A stretch of DNA of 64,000 nt from an uncultured Candidatus Saccharibacteria bacterium. GTDB taxonomy: Bacteria > Patescibacteriota > Saccharimonadia > Saccharimonadales > AWTP1-31. A program made the position numbers and the translations under genes. Shown here piece after piece: positions 51,660 to 60,914 of the stretch (position 1 is the stretch's first letter; each line of letters begins with the position of its first letter). The DNA lies in contig CAYPDT010000001.1 of assembly GCA_964409615.1 (NCBI GenBank), forward strand, positions 78,629 through 142,628. Reading direction: 5' to 3'. The notes under the pieces are model-generated. The model was not told where the DNA came from and did no database searches. It saw only the letters and a list, made by a program, of their open reading frames with translations.

Positions 51660-53569
51660 ACCGCTATTCTAGGTGACTCCGCTTGTTTATCCAAATCATC
51701 TGGTTTTGCCATCCAATATTTAGCACGAGGAAATAATTCTAGTTGATTTGCCACAAATTGCTGCAAAAATTCTAAGCCTTTTCTGGTTTCACCAGAAAGA
51801 ATTTGGGTCTTATAAGAATTTGACCGGACAAATAAAAGAACGGCTGGTGGATTAAGATGTCTATCCCACTCAACAACTGCAAAATAAGATAGTGCTGGCC
51901 CGAACTTCACAATCGTTTGCTCACTATTGTCATCAGTATTTATATGAACATCTAGTAACCCTGAATCGGTGATAACCTCTACCCACTGGGTATCTTTCCT
52001 AACTGGTATTTGATACGTTGCACTATCAAAACCAAATTGTTCAGATTCGTCGTTTATCTGCAGGTCTTTCTCGCAAATTAAGCCGACACTAAAATTTCGA
52101 ATATCGCTTGCCTGCAGATTCTCAACCAGCTCTGCCAGCCCAACCGACTGAGTTGTGAGCACCAAGCCGCCTTTTTCTGTATGGTCTGCAATAGCATATT
52201 TTTTAGAATCTGTGATAGATTTGAATTTCATACGAGCAACACTTTGCAGCACACGTTCTTTATTACCAGCCACTACTTTCTCTACGGCATCGCTCAAACT
52301 ATCAGATGAACCGAGCGAATAACACAAAACTTTTCTTACGAACATCTGCTTTACTTGGTGTAGCTCTTTGGCATATTCCTCAAGCAACAAAACTCGAGTT
52401 GCTACATGCAGATAACCCCCCAGTAAACTCTGAAAATTAAAGTCGTTATTCTCGTCAAACATGTAGCCCTCGAGGTCAATATCATTGGGGTCTGTAACAT
52501 CGAGCAAATCCTGGATAGCGAGTGGTAGTGAGTTGTCTAGTAGACTTTCGAGTGAGCTATCCAGTAACTCTTGCACCCGATTCGCATTACACTCCAGCCA
52601 GTAGTCGAATAGCTCAAGCTCATTATCAATATCGAATGGAGAATGGTCTTCGTACATAGCGGTTACTAGGTTGGCAAAAATATAACTTTCCATCTGGGGT
52701 ATTGTTTCGGTACGATTGATATTAACTGGGAGCTGGCTCATAGCATATGTCACAATATCTTGCTCGGTTATCGGCGTTTGATCATTTTTCGATTGCTTAA
52801 ATTGCATACGATAGGCACTCAGGAATGTCTGTGTTAATTCCAAGCCATCCTCCGTGCCACCCAAAGCAAGCGCAGTCTGGCTTATCGCAGAGTACACTTC
52901 TCTGAAGTCTTGGTAGACATCTCGCACAGTTATTGGTTCATCGCCGATATCTAGGGGTTCGCCATGAAAGCTGTCGGTGTCTATCAAACTACCGAGCGCA
53001 GTTATGTTTTGCTCATTCGGATATTTACATGCCAGTCCGAGAGCGTGAATTTTAGCAAGATTACTACCTGCGAACTGAATAGTTTGCTCAGTAAGGAATC
53101 TCCGAACATCTGCAGGATTGGTAGAGTCGAATGGTAGTTGCCCAGGTTTTATAAAGTGACGATTATATTTGGCAAATAACTCTTCCCTCAATTCAGGTTG
53201 AGCCAAATCAATCATTCGCATACTTGTATCCATAGCTCGTGCACTCACCATAAACGTTTCTCTGGTCAATTGTCCCTGCATTTCGGCTAGCTTCTCGGCA
53301 GTTCGCTTTTCTTCGGGGAGACGATTCCAGTCCGCCAACACAAGGCTGTCTTTATACGCTTGTAATGTCATTTTTTGGTGTGCATCTGTTTGCTCATCAA
53401 GGAGTGGTTTAGCAAAATACGTTGGCTCACTCAGCCCTAGTAAGTATTCAGTTCCGACTCCTGCAGCTCTTAACAGTGCCGAAACCCGTGCAACCCGCCC
53501 AAGCACTGCCAACTCCTGCAGCCCAAATGCAGTGTACCGTTCGCTCGACCCCGCAGATTGGGTGAGCAC
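51656..53569 (-). CDS. Hypothetical 637-aa protein
   Basis: Long uninterrupted ORF with coding-like composition. No motif I can recognise. Confidence 0.5.
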   Translation of the reverse strand: MLTQSAGSSERYTAFGLQELAVLGRVARVSALLRAAGVGTEYLLGLSEPTYFAKPLLDEQTDAHQKMTLQAYKDSLVLADWNRLPEEKRTAEKLAEMQGQLTRETFMVSARAMDTSMRMIDLAQPELREELFAKYNRHFIKPGQLPFDSTNPADVRRFLTEQTIQFAGSNLAKIHALGLACKYPNEQNITALGSLIDTDSFHGEPLDIGDEPITVRDVYQDFREVYSAISQTALALGGTEDGLELTQTFLSAYRMQFKQSKNDQTPITEQDIVTYAMSQLPVNINRTETIPQMESYIFANLVTAMYEDHSPFDIDNELELFDYWLECNANRVQELLDSSLESLLDNSLPLAIQDLLDVTDPNDIDLEGYMFDENNDFNFQSLLGGYLHVATRVLLLEEYAKELHQVKQMFVRKVLCYSLGSSDSLSDAVEKVVAGNKERVLQSVARMKFKSITDSKKYAIADHTEKGGLVLTTQSVGLAELVENLQASDIRNFSVGLICEKDLQINDESEQFGFDSATYQIPVRKDTQWVEVITDSGLLDVHINTDDNSEQTIVKFGPALSYFAVVEWDRHLNPPAVLLFVRSNSYKTQILSGETRKGLEFLQQFVANQLELFPRAKYWMAKPDDLDKQAESPRIAV

Positions 53570-53602
53570 AGCTTTTGTAACGTTGTTGCCCTTTAAGTTA
53601 AC

Positions 53603-53905
53603 CTATGTAAATGGGTTTCCAAATTCATCTGTCCAGTATTCTGGTAAAGATTCATCGCGTACTTCAAAAGACCGCACATGTATTGGCGTAAGACGCTCCA
53701 TCCGCTGACTATCCTGGGCCTCTGAGCCAAATTCGTCATCATTAAATGGCAAAGAATTTTCTGCACCTTCTGTAAATAAAAACGGACACCGTGTCAACAA
53801 GTCCTTAATGTATCGCCGACCCGGCTCAAAGCCTGCAATCTCGTGTGCAACATTGAAGTCACCAATATCGGTGACTTCGTAACAAGGAACGGTGCGTTGA
53901 ATCAT
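53603..53905 (-). CDS. Hypothetical protein
   Basis: 100-aa ORF in the same operon; no motif. Confidence 0.4.
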   Translation of the reverse strand: MIQRTVPCYEVTDIGDFNVAHEIAGFEPGRRYIKDLLTRCPFLFTEGAENSLPFNDDEFGSEAQDSQRMERLTPIHVRSFEVRDESLPEYWTDEFGNPFT

Positions 53906-53916
53906 GCAGTATCTAA

Positions 53917-54291
53917 CTATGGCTTAGCGGCAGTGGTCGTGGATTTTTTGGTTGGAGTCGGGCCCTGAGGTGGTGTAATTGAACTATTCATATCCATAAG
54001 TGCACTGTACGTTACCACCTTGCCTGCAAATTGCTGAAATTGACTTTCGTCTAATGGCGGCACCACTTCTAGGGTACCTGCTTCCATAAAGCGCCGATGC
54101 AACACAGACGCTACCTCGTAGCGCATGCCACGACTATCGCCCTGGCTGGCCACAATTGCCATGCCCTCTGCCTCTAGATCTGCGAGCAGTGTCAGTAAAC
54201 CTTCTCGTGGAGCTGGTGTGTGCAAAGCACTAATCTGCTCATCGAGCATTAAGAATGTATCTGCCTGTGGTAAATTTTCTAATCCTGCCAT
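53917..54291 (-). CDS. Hypothetical protein
   Basis: 124-aa ORF, first gene of the operon, 60 nt downstream of the tRNA-Leu(CAG) 3' end. Confidence 0.4.
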   Translation of the reverse strand: MAGLENLPQADTFLMLDEQISALHTPAPREGLLTLLADLEAEGMAIVASQGDSRGMRYEVASVLHRRFMEAGTLEVVPPLDESQFQQFAGKVVTYSALMDMNSSITPPQGPTPTKKSTTTAAKP

Positions 54292-54351
54292 AATAACTCC
54301 TTGCTTTTGTATAATTAAATACTACAAACCACTGAAAAGCAAAAGTTAGTT

Positions 54352-54438
54352 TGGTGCGGATGAAAGGACTTGAACCTTCACAGGATTGCTCCCACTACGA
54401 CCTGAACGTAGCGCGTCTACCAATTCCGCCACATCCGC
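54352..54438 (-). tRNA. tRNA-Leu (anticodon CAG), long variable arm, CCA encoded
   Basis: Reverse complement GCGGAUGUGGCGGAAUUGGUAGACGCGCUACGUUCAGGUCGUAGUGGGAGCAAUCCUGUGAAGGUUCAAGUCCUUUCAUCCGCACCA. Anticodon loop UUCAGGU. Confidence 0.9.
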
Positions 54439-54541
54439 ACATTGTTGCCTCGCGCCGCGCGTCTACGATTGCCATAAGGCCGCCACAGTCGCACAGCTAG
54501 AACTCTGTAATTCTAATCTATTGCGGGCTGCTTCTCAAGTG

Positions 54542-56329
54542 TTATGGGTTGGCCGGACGGTTTGCCACACGCACCATCCACTTTTCAACATTGTTAAAGC
54601 GATCAGCACCACTGTTCATACTGGTTGGTGAAAAGCCATAGAAACTATCCCGCGCTACATATAAGTATCGTGGCTGGTACAGGGCTAATGCTGGTGCATC
54701 TTGCTGCCATGCTTCCAAGAACGGCTTGTACTTTACAGCACGCACAAAGTCTTCGCTGCGAGTTCGACCACCTTCTAGAGCTTTATCGGCAACAGGTGAT
54801 TTATATTCAGAAAAGTTCAGACGGCTAGCCGAGCGAGAGTCTGCCTGGCTGCTATGCCAGAATGCAAACACATCAGGGTCGGCACCAAGAGCAATGCCGT
54901 ATAGCAAGGCATCGTAGGTGTGCCCTACTAGGGCAGACTGTAGTTCCTGGTCTTCCAGCTTAATAACTTTCACGTCTACGCCTAGCTCTCGCCACTGGTC
55001 TTTGAGATTTTTAGAAACAGTGTCGTAGACTGGATTTTTTTGAGTAGTGAGCATAAAGGTCAAAGGCTGTTTACTCTTAAAACGAATACCGTTAGCACCA
55101 ACTTTCCAGCCAGCAGCATCGAGCGCTTGCTTGGCAGCATCGATATTACCAGTCTGCTGTTTTATGGTCGGGTCGTAACCAATCTGACCTTTAAGCAACG
55201 GGCCGTAAGCCGGTAATACTGGCCGTCCGAGGTTGACCAAAATATCACCTACTTTTGTGCCCGATACAAGCGCGCGGCGCACCGCAGGGTCGGCGAAAAT
55301 ATCAGATGATGACTTAAAGAATACCATCACTTCATTAGTCAAGGGTACGTTATAAGCCTTGGTGGCAACATCGTCTTTTAGCTCATCGGGCATTGTACTT
55401 AAACCTGCTGCAGCGTTGACTTCTCGGCTAACCAAAGCATCTTTGAGCCGCTCTTCACTGGCAAAGCTTCGCATGATAAATTTGTCGATTTTTGGTGCTC
55501 CACCGACGTAATTTTCGTTGGGTACTAACGCTATACGCTGCTCACGCGCATCGGGGTCGGCCGATACAACCTCTACCGCTTCCCACTTGAAGGGGCCTGA
55601 GCCTACTGGGTTGCGGGTGTTAAACGGCGAAGATCGCAATTGTGATGGCGGGGTATCAGCCAGTAAATGCTTTGGCACAATGCCGTTGGTCATAGAGTAC
55701 GGGAAGGCACTCAAAATACTGGGCAACGTAAAGACAATCGTTTTTTTGTTGGGAGTCTCAACCTTAATGCCCTGCCAACTGCTGGCTAGCGGTGATTTGG
55801 CATCGGGATTCTGAATCATCTTGTAGGTGTATAGTACATCCGCAGATGTCAGCTCGGTACCATCGTGCCACTTTAAGTTATCTTTTAGGGTGACAGTATA
55901 GATTGTGCCCGATTCGTCCAATTGCCAGTTCTTGGCTAAATCACCAACTAATTTGTTGTTTTGGTCTGCTTTGAATAATCCAGAAAATACCAAACGCTCT
56001 ACACTACCATCCACGCTACCGGTAGCGTACAGAGGACTGACGTTAGTAAACGTACCGACAATACCTTCGGTAAAGATACCGCCAGGAGTTGGCGTGGCCG
56101 ATAGGTAATGATTACCCAGGGTTCGTGTTTGATACAATACTCCGCCAATCAACAATACAAACAAAACCACCCAGGCTGCAACGAAGCGTCGTACTTTGGT
56201 AAGTCGACTTAATCGAGTAAAGAAATGTTTCTCCAGCTGGTCTTCAGTTTGAGTACCAAACTCCTCGACCTGCTGTTTACTTCGTCTAAATTGACGCCGC
56301 CATCGTAACTTGGTGGTGCGATCAATCAT
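54542..56329 (-). CDS. ABC transporter substrate-binding protein, family 5 (peptide/nickel, OppA/DppA-like), N-terminally TM-anchored
   Basis: 595 aa. TM VAAWVVLFVLLIGGVLY, then an SBP_bac_5-like sequence (LVGDLAKNWQLDESGTIYTVTLKDNLKWHDGTELTSADV...). Confidence 0.85.
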   Translation of the reverse strand: MIDRTTKLRWRRQFRRSKQQVEEFGTQTEDQLEKHFFTRLSRLTKVRRFVAAWVVLFVLLIGGVLYQTRTLGNHYLSATPTPGGIFTEGIVGTFTNVSPLYATGSVDGSVERLVFSGLFKADQNNKLVGDLAKNWQLDESGTIYTVTLKDNLKWHDGTELTSADVLYTYKMIQNPDAKSPLASSWQGIKVETPNKKTIVFTLPSILSAFPYSMTNGIVPKHLLADTPPSQLRSSPFNTRNPVGSGPFKWEAVEVVSADPDAREQRIALVPNENYVGGAPKIDKFIMRSFASEERLKDALVSREVNAAAGLSTMPDELKDDVATKAYNVPLTNEVMVFFKSSSDIFADPAVRRALVSGTKVGDILVNLGRPVLPAYGPLLKGQIGYDPTIKQQTGNIDAAKQALDAAGWKVGANGIRFKSKQPLTFMLTTQKNPVYDTVSKNLKDQWRELGVDVKVIKLEDQELQSALVGHTYDALLYGIALGADPDVFAFWHSSQADSRSASRLNFSEYKSPVADKALEGGRTRSEDFVRAVKYKPFLEAWQQDAPALALYQPRYLYVARDSFYGFSPTSMNSGADRFNNVEKWMVRVANRPANP

Positions 56330-56349
56330 AAAACTCTCCCACTAAAGTT

Positions 56350-56562
56350 TTACGCTAAAATACCCAGGATCAACGACACTCCAAACACGAGCACCATGAC
56401 AATGGTAATCTGGTGAATTGTCTTGTCTGAACCACGTCGGACACTGTTGACTTCTCCACCACCACCAAGGCCTGCGCCCAAAGATGCGCCACGAGTTTGG
56501 ACCAAGATAAGAATTGTAGAGAGTACCGCAGAGACGATAGTTATGTAGTTAAATATGTTCAT
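56350..56562 (-). CDS. secG: Preprotein translocase subunit SecG
   Basis: 70 aa. Two TMs separated by a Gly-rich loop (LVQTRGASLGAGLGGGGE), the typical SecG layout. Confidence 0.75.
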   Translation of the reverse strand: MNIFNYITIVSAVLSTILILVQTRGASLGAGLGGGGEVNSVRRGSDKTIHQITIVMVLVFGVSLILGILA

Positions 56563-56921
56563 CGTTCTTCTAGTATAGTTGTTACAAGATAATTTACCAA
56601 GCCGATAACCATACCGGCAAGCATGGCTGCACCAAAGTTAGTGACGTGCAGTGGCGCATAAACCTTGCTAACTAACATGACCATTAGCCCATTAATTACC
56701 AGCATGAACAAGCCAAGGCTGAACAAGATTGCTGGAAGAGACAAAATAATGACAATTGGTTTAATGACGGTATTTACCAAAGCGAGTATTAAACCAGAGA
56801 TAATTATCACACCCAAACGCTGGTCGTAGTTGATGCGACCGCCGAGCAGGCCGGCTGCAATCCACAGACCAAGGCCACTCACAAACCAGCGAATTAGAAA
56901 CCGCGAGAAGGGCTTTTTCAT
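56559..56921 (-). CDS. Phage-holin-family-4 / YvlD-like 4-TM membrane protein
   Basis: 120 aa. WFVSGLGLWIAAGLL...ALVNTVIKPIVIILSLPAILFSLGLFMLVINGLMV resembles the PF04020 family. Confidence 0.6.
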   Translation of the reverse strand: MKKPFSRFLIRWFVSGLGLWIAAGLLGGRINYDQRLGVIIISGLILALVNTVIKPIVIILSLPAILFSLGLFMLVINGLMVMLVSKVYAPLHVTNFGAAMLAGMVIGLVNYLVTTILEER

Positions 56922-56983
56922 AGTTAAAAACAGTATAGCATGATGCTTATGAATAGTCTCTGTCTTTCAGCTACTATGTAATC

Positions 56984-58207
56984 TTAGAGGTCGTTAGATA
57001 ACCCTTCGGTCAATATGCTGTATCCGGTTTCGGTAATCAGTATGTCATCTTCAAGTCGAACACCCAAGCCTTCTTCTTGGATATAAATTCCAGGCTCAAC
57101 GGTAAGCACCATACCAGGCTCAAGAGGCCGGTCATAATCGCCAATATCATGTACGTCTATACCCAGGTGATGCGAGGTTGCGTGCGGGAAGAAGCGACGA
57201 ACTTCCTCGTGCTCAACGTTTTTTATAAGGCCCAAGCTACGTAATTTTTCGCCCATAAACTGCTCTATCTTTTGCTCATTATCTCGTACAACAGCGCCCG
57301 GCTTGAGTAAGGTATACGCATATTGCTGCACTTCTAGAACCGCCTCATAAACTTGCTTCTGGCGTTTTGTTGGCTGACCATTAAGTGAGTATGTTCGACT
57401 GATGTCGGCGGCGTAGCCAGCTACTTCTGCACCCACATCGAGCAGGAGCAGTCCTTTTGGGTCGAGTGGACTATTGTTGTGCATGTGATGGATAATGGCA
57501 GCGTTTGCACCGCCAGCAACGATAGGGTCAAAGGCATGACCACCGTTGCCATTCCATCTAAATCCATGGGTAATGTCGGCTTCTATCTGATATTCGTGTG
57601 TATACTTGGCAAGTTTGCGCTTAACTTTTTTAAGAGTATCGACCGTAATACTAATCGCTTGATTGATTGCGGCTATCTCTTCTGGCTGTTTAGTCATGCG
57701 CATAACTGCAAAGTGCTGTCGTAAATCAAGTAACTCAATAGATTCATTGACTTCTTTAATCTTTTTAACCAACTGAGCACGGCCAGGGTTTGTATAGAAG
57801 CCATAAACATCGATGTACTCTGGTGGTGGCGCTAAAGTTGCTACGTGTTTTACTTTGTGTAGCCGAGAGGATAGTTTTTTCCACCCGGTTTTTGCATCAT
57901 ATACCGTAGTAATGCCTGAGGTACGGGTAAATTTTTCGGCATCGCTTTCACCTAAGAAATCGCGCTGATACTGAGATTGCTCTGGCACAATCAAATATTC
58001 TTTATCTTTATCAAGAACTAAAATCACTTCTGGGTCAGTGATGCCCGTGAGGTAGTAAAAGTTGCCATCTTGCTGAAAAAAGGTTTCATCGATACCTTTC
58101 TGCAATGGCACACTTGCAGATAGCACTATAGGAGCAGTACCCTGGAACAAAGTTCGTAGCTTCTGACGATTGGCACTATAGAATCCTGCCGAAAAGAAGT
58201 CACTCAT
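56984..58207 (-). CDS. Xaa-Pro aminopeptidase (peptidase M24B)
   Basis: 407 aa. LLLLDVGAEVAGYAADISRT, HATSHHLGIDVHD, VLTVEPGIY, GVRLEDDIL are the M24 metal ligand motifs. Confidence 0.9.
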   Translation of the reverse strand: MSDFFSAGFYSANRQKLRTLFQGTAPIVLSASVPLQKGIDETFFQQDGNFYYLTGITDPEVILVLDKDKEYLIVPEQSQYQRDFLGESDAEKFTRTSGITTVYDAKTGWKKLSSRLHKVKHVATLAPPPEYIDVYGFYTNPGRAQLVKKIKEVNESIELLDLRQHFAVMRMTKQPEEIAAINQAISITVDTLKKVKRKLAKYTHEYQIEADITHGFRWNGNGGHAFDPIVAGGANAAIIHHMHNNSPLDPKGLLLLDVGAEVAGYAADISRTYSLNGQPTKRQKQVYEAVLEVQQYAYTLLKPGAVVRDNEQKIEQFMGEKLRSLGLIKNVEHEEVRRFFPHATSHHLGIDVHDIGDYDRPLEPGMVLTVEPGIYIQEEGLGVRLEDDILITETGYSILTEGLSNDL

Positions 58208-58255
58208 ACAAGAGATTAGTATACCACTAAGCTAATTATGAGCAGTAAGGATATG

Positions 58256-59752
58256 TTATTTGCGAGCAGCTCTTAGGTACTGCATGAGCACCGTAGCTTT
58301 CTTATCGCCTAGCATGTGTATCAATTCATCTTTACGTGCCTGCTGAACACCCCGCAAGCTACCAAATGTACGAATTAACTTCTTGCGAGTAGCCGGTCCG
58401 ATGCCGGGCACATCATCGAGAATACTCGATGTCTGGCGCTTAACTTTCAGAACACTGTGGTAGCTAACTGCAAAGCGATGTGACTCGTCACGTATACGTT
58501 GTAATAGTTTCACGATATTACTATTGTTGGGCAGGTCTACGAGCGTATAGTCTTCACTCTCTCGGCTAAAGCCTCGTAACTTCAATACCACCTTCGGGTC
58601 CAGGCGGGTTGCCGCCCAATTGTTACGTACAACGATCTCTTCGTGTTTTTTTGCCAAACCAATCATAGGTATTTTCAGCCCTTTTGCCTCAACTACTCCT
58701 GATGCAGCGGCTAACTGCCCCTTACCACCATCAATTAGTAGTAAGTCAGGCATACCCCATTCTTTTATATTCTTTTCACTCAAACGTCGCTCCATAGTTT
58801 CACGCATGTGGTCGAAGTCATCATTCGTTTGATTTCTTTGCTTGAACTTACGGTAGTTGGCTTTATCGGCAACTCCATTAGTAAAAACAACCATACTGGC
58901 TACCACGTCAGTACCGCTCATGTGCGAGATATCGTAACCCTCGATGCGTCGCGGTACTTTCTGTAATCCAAGCAAATCCGTCAGCTCTACCAGAGCATGA
59001 TCTTTAGATAAATCCAGAAATTCCTTGTCGCTAAACAAGACTCTGCGGTCGAGGTCATTGAGTGCAGTAATTCGGTTGCGTAGCTTGGCGGCCTGTTCAA
59101 ATTCCTTCGCCTTAGAAGCAATCTTCATTTCTTTTTCAAGCTCTGCAACAATTGTTCGTTTCTTGCCTTCCAGAACTTTTACGAGCCTACGAAGCGAAGC
59201 TTTATACTCTTTCTCATCTAACTCACCGGTCTCGGGGCCAGGGCACAAGTGCAGATGAACAAGCAGGCAAGCACGTTGTGGCAATATGGTATGAGTTGAA
59301 TATGGAAAAATTTTGCGTAAAAATTTCAACGCTCGTTTAACGGCAATAGTACTGAGAAACGGCCCATAGTAAGTAGCACCGTCGTCGAGCGGACGCCGGG
59401 TCATGGTTACAGTTGGATATTGATCTTTGAAATTTATCCGTACAAAGCTTTGACTTTTATCATCGCGCAGCAGAATGTTATAGCGCGGCATGTAGCGGCG
59501 AATCATTTCGGCTTCAAGAAATAATGCGTCGAATTCGCTATCTACAACCTGCCAGTCTGTATCAACAATTTCTGATACTAGTAAATCCGTTTTTGGGTCA
59601 CGGGCCCGTGATTTTTGAAAGTACTGTCGTACACGATTTTTCAAAATAGCTGCCTTGCCCACATAAATGATTTGCCCAGTCTTGTCTTTATGGAAATAGA
59701 CACCTGGTTGGGCGGGAAGTTCTTTGAGCTTGGCTTTAAGTTGGTCGTTCAC
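58256..59752 (-). CDS. uvrC: Excinuclease ABC subunit C (short form)
   Basis: 498 aa. GIY-YIG PGVYFHKDKTGQIIYVGKA..LKNRVRQY. UVR motif EFEQAAKLRNRITAL. Endonuclease domain. C-terminal HhH IPGIGPATRKKLIRTFGSL. Confidence 0.9.
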   Translation of the reverse strand: MNDQLKAKLKELPAQPGVYFHKDKTGQIIYVGKAAILKNRVRQYFQKSRARDPKTDLLVSEIVDTDWQVVDSEFDALFLEAEMIRRYMPRYNILLRDDKSQSFVRINFKDQYPTVTMTRRPLDDGATYYGPFLSTIAVKRALKFLRKIFPYSTHTILPQRACLLVHLHLCPGPETGELDEKEYKASLRRLVKVLEGKKRTIVAELEKEMKIASKAKEFEQAAKLRNRITALNDLDRRVLFSDKEFLDLSKDHALVELTDLLGLQKVPRRIEGYDISHMSGTDVVASMVVFTNGVADKANYRKFKQRNQTNDDFDHMRETMERRLSEKNIKEWGMPDLLLIDGGKGQLAAASGVVEAKGLKIPMIGLAKKHEEIVVRNNWAATRLDPKVVLKLRGFSRESEDYTLVDLPNNSNIVKLLQRIRDESHRFAVSYHSVLKVKRQTSSILDDVPGIGPATRKKLIRTFGSLRGVQQARKDELIHMLGDKKATVLMQYLRAARK

Positions 59753-59774
59753 CCTTCTATTATAGCGTCAGTAC

Positions 59775-60905
59775 TTATGATACTGGAACAACAGTAATAG
59801 TGTGTTTATCGCAGCTGACTAAATTCTTTGCCTTCAAACGGATATTAGCTTTACCATCATCATCCTGGTGGTCGCTGGTTTCTTCAGCATATTTAGTTGA
59901 AACGTCTTCAAATTCTTTGTAAAAATCTGCCACCGACGAGTCAACTTGCGACTGTGCGTACTCAGCAAAATCGGTGTCGAATGTAACTGTAATATTGCCT
60001 GGGTCAATACCATCAAGCTTCTCTGAGAACACCGTAGCATTGTGCTTGATAGCCTCTACTAATGCACCCTCACCTTCTTTCTGGATAGCGCACGCCGTAG
60101 CGATTTCGCCGGCGTTCTTGACTGTGCCATCTTCATGCTCAACTACTTTGCCCTCTTTGTTTTTCTTCTCGTAACCAAACGCAATGCGTGATGCCCATTG
60201 CCTCTCATTATCGCCATTGCAAACATCCACGCCACCTGTTGCGATTTTTACATCTGGGAGCCCACTCGAAACATCGACACTGGTAGCCGTCGACAGATTG
60301 CCAACGACTTCGATAGTGCCTTTATTACCTTTGCGTGTAATCTTGGCTTCAGAGACTAAGATGTCAGCATCGGCCGTGGTTTCGAGTCGCTGGTCTATGC
60401 CAGCATCACAGTTGAATGGTAGGTACGGTCGATCTAATGAATTGGTTGCCGTATAGTCAAATGATGAATCAATAGTGGCATAGGTAATAGTCCGGTCATA
60501 CACAACCTCTGACTCAACCTTATCAATTTCGACCGATAGGTCATGGGTTGCATCTGGGCCAATCTGAGGCATATGTGGCATATGCTCCGAGACATATTTT
60601 GCACCTGCAAGTAGAGCTCCGGCAGTAACCACAACACCTAAAGTTTTGAACATCCAGCGTCGCTTTGGACGCGTCACCACATCAACCGTGATAGTCGGCC
60701 GCGGCCCCTCATTCGAGTCACCTACTCGCTCCCCGCCGGTCAGTGGCGTTACTGCCTGCTCCTCTTGATTTTGATGCATCTGGTTTGTTTCTGATGGAGC
60801 ATGCTGTTGCTCCCACTGTTCGCGAGCCTGTTCATCGTGCTCAAACGCAACAACCTGCTCACCGTTAGGTATTCCAAATCCTCTAATCGAAATATTGTCT
60901 TCCAT
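59775..60905 (-). CDS. Hypothetical membrane-anchored protein
   Basis: 376 aa. One TM (FKTLGVVVTAGALLAGAKYV) after an acidic N-terminal region. No family recognised. Confidence 0.45.
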   Translation of the reverse strand: MEDNISIRGFGIPNGEQVVAFEHDEQAREQWEQQHAPSETNQMHQNQEEQAVTPLTGGERVGDSNEGPRPTITVDVVTRPKRRWMFKTLGVVVTAGALLAGAKYVSEHMPHMPQIGPDATHDLSVEIDKVESEVVYDRTITYATIDSSFDYTATNSLDRPYLPFNCDAGIDQRLETTADADILVSEAKITRKGNKGTIEVVGNLSTATSVDVSSGLPDVKIATGGVDVCNGDNERQWASRIAFGYEKKNKEGKVVEHEDGTVKNAGEIATACAIQKEGEGALVEAIKHNATVFSEKLDGIDPGNITVTFDTDFAEYAQSQVDSSVADFYKEFEDVSTKYAEETSDHQDDDGKANIRLKAKNLVSCDKHTITVVPVS

Positions 60906-60914
60906 ACATTCTCC

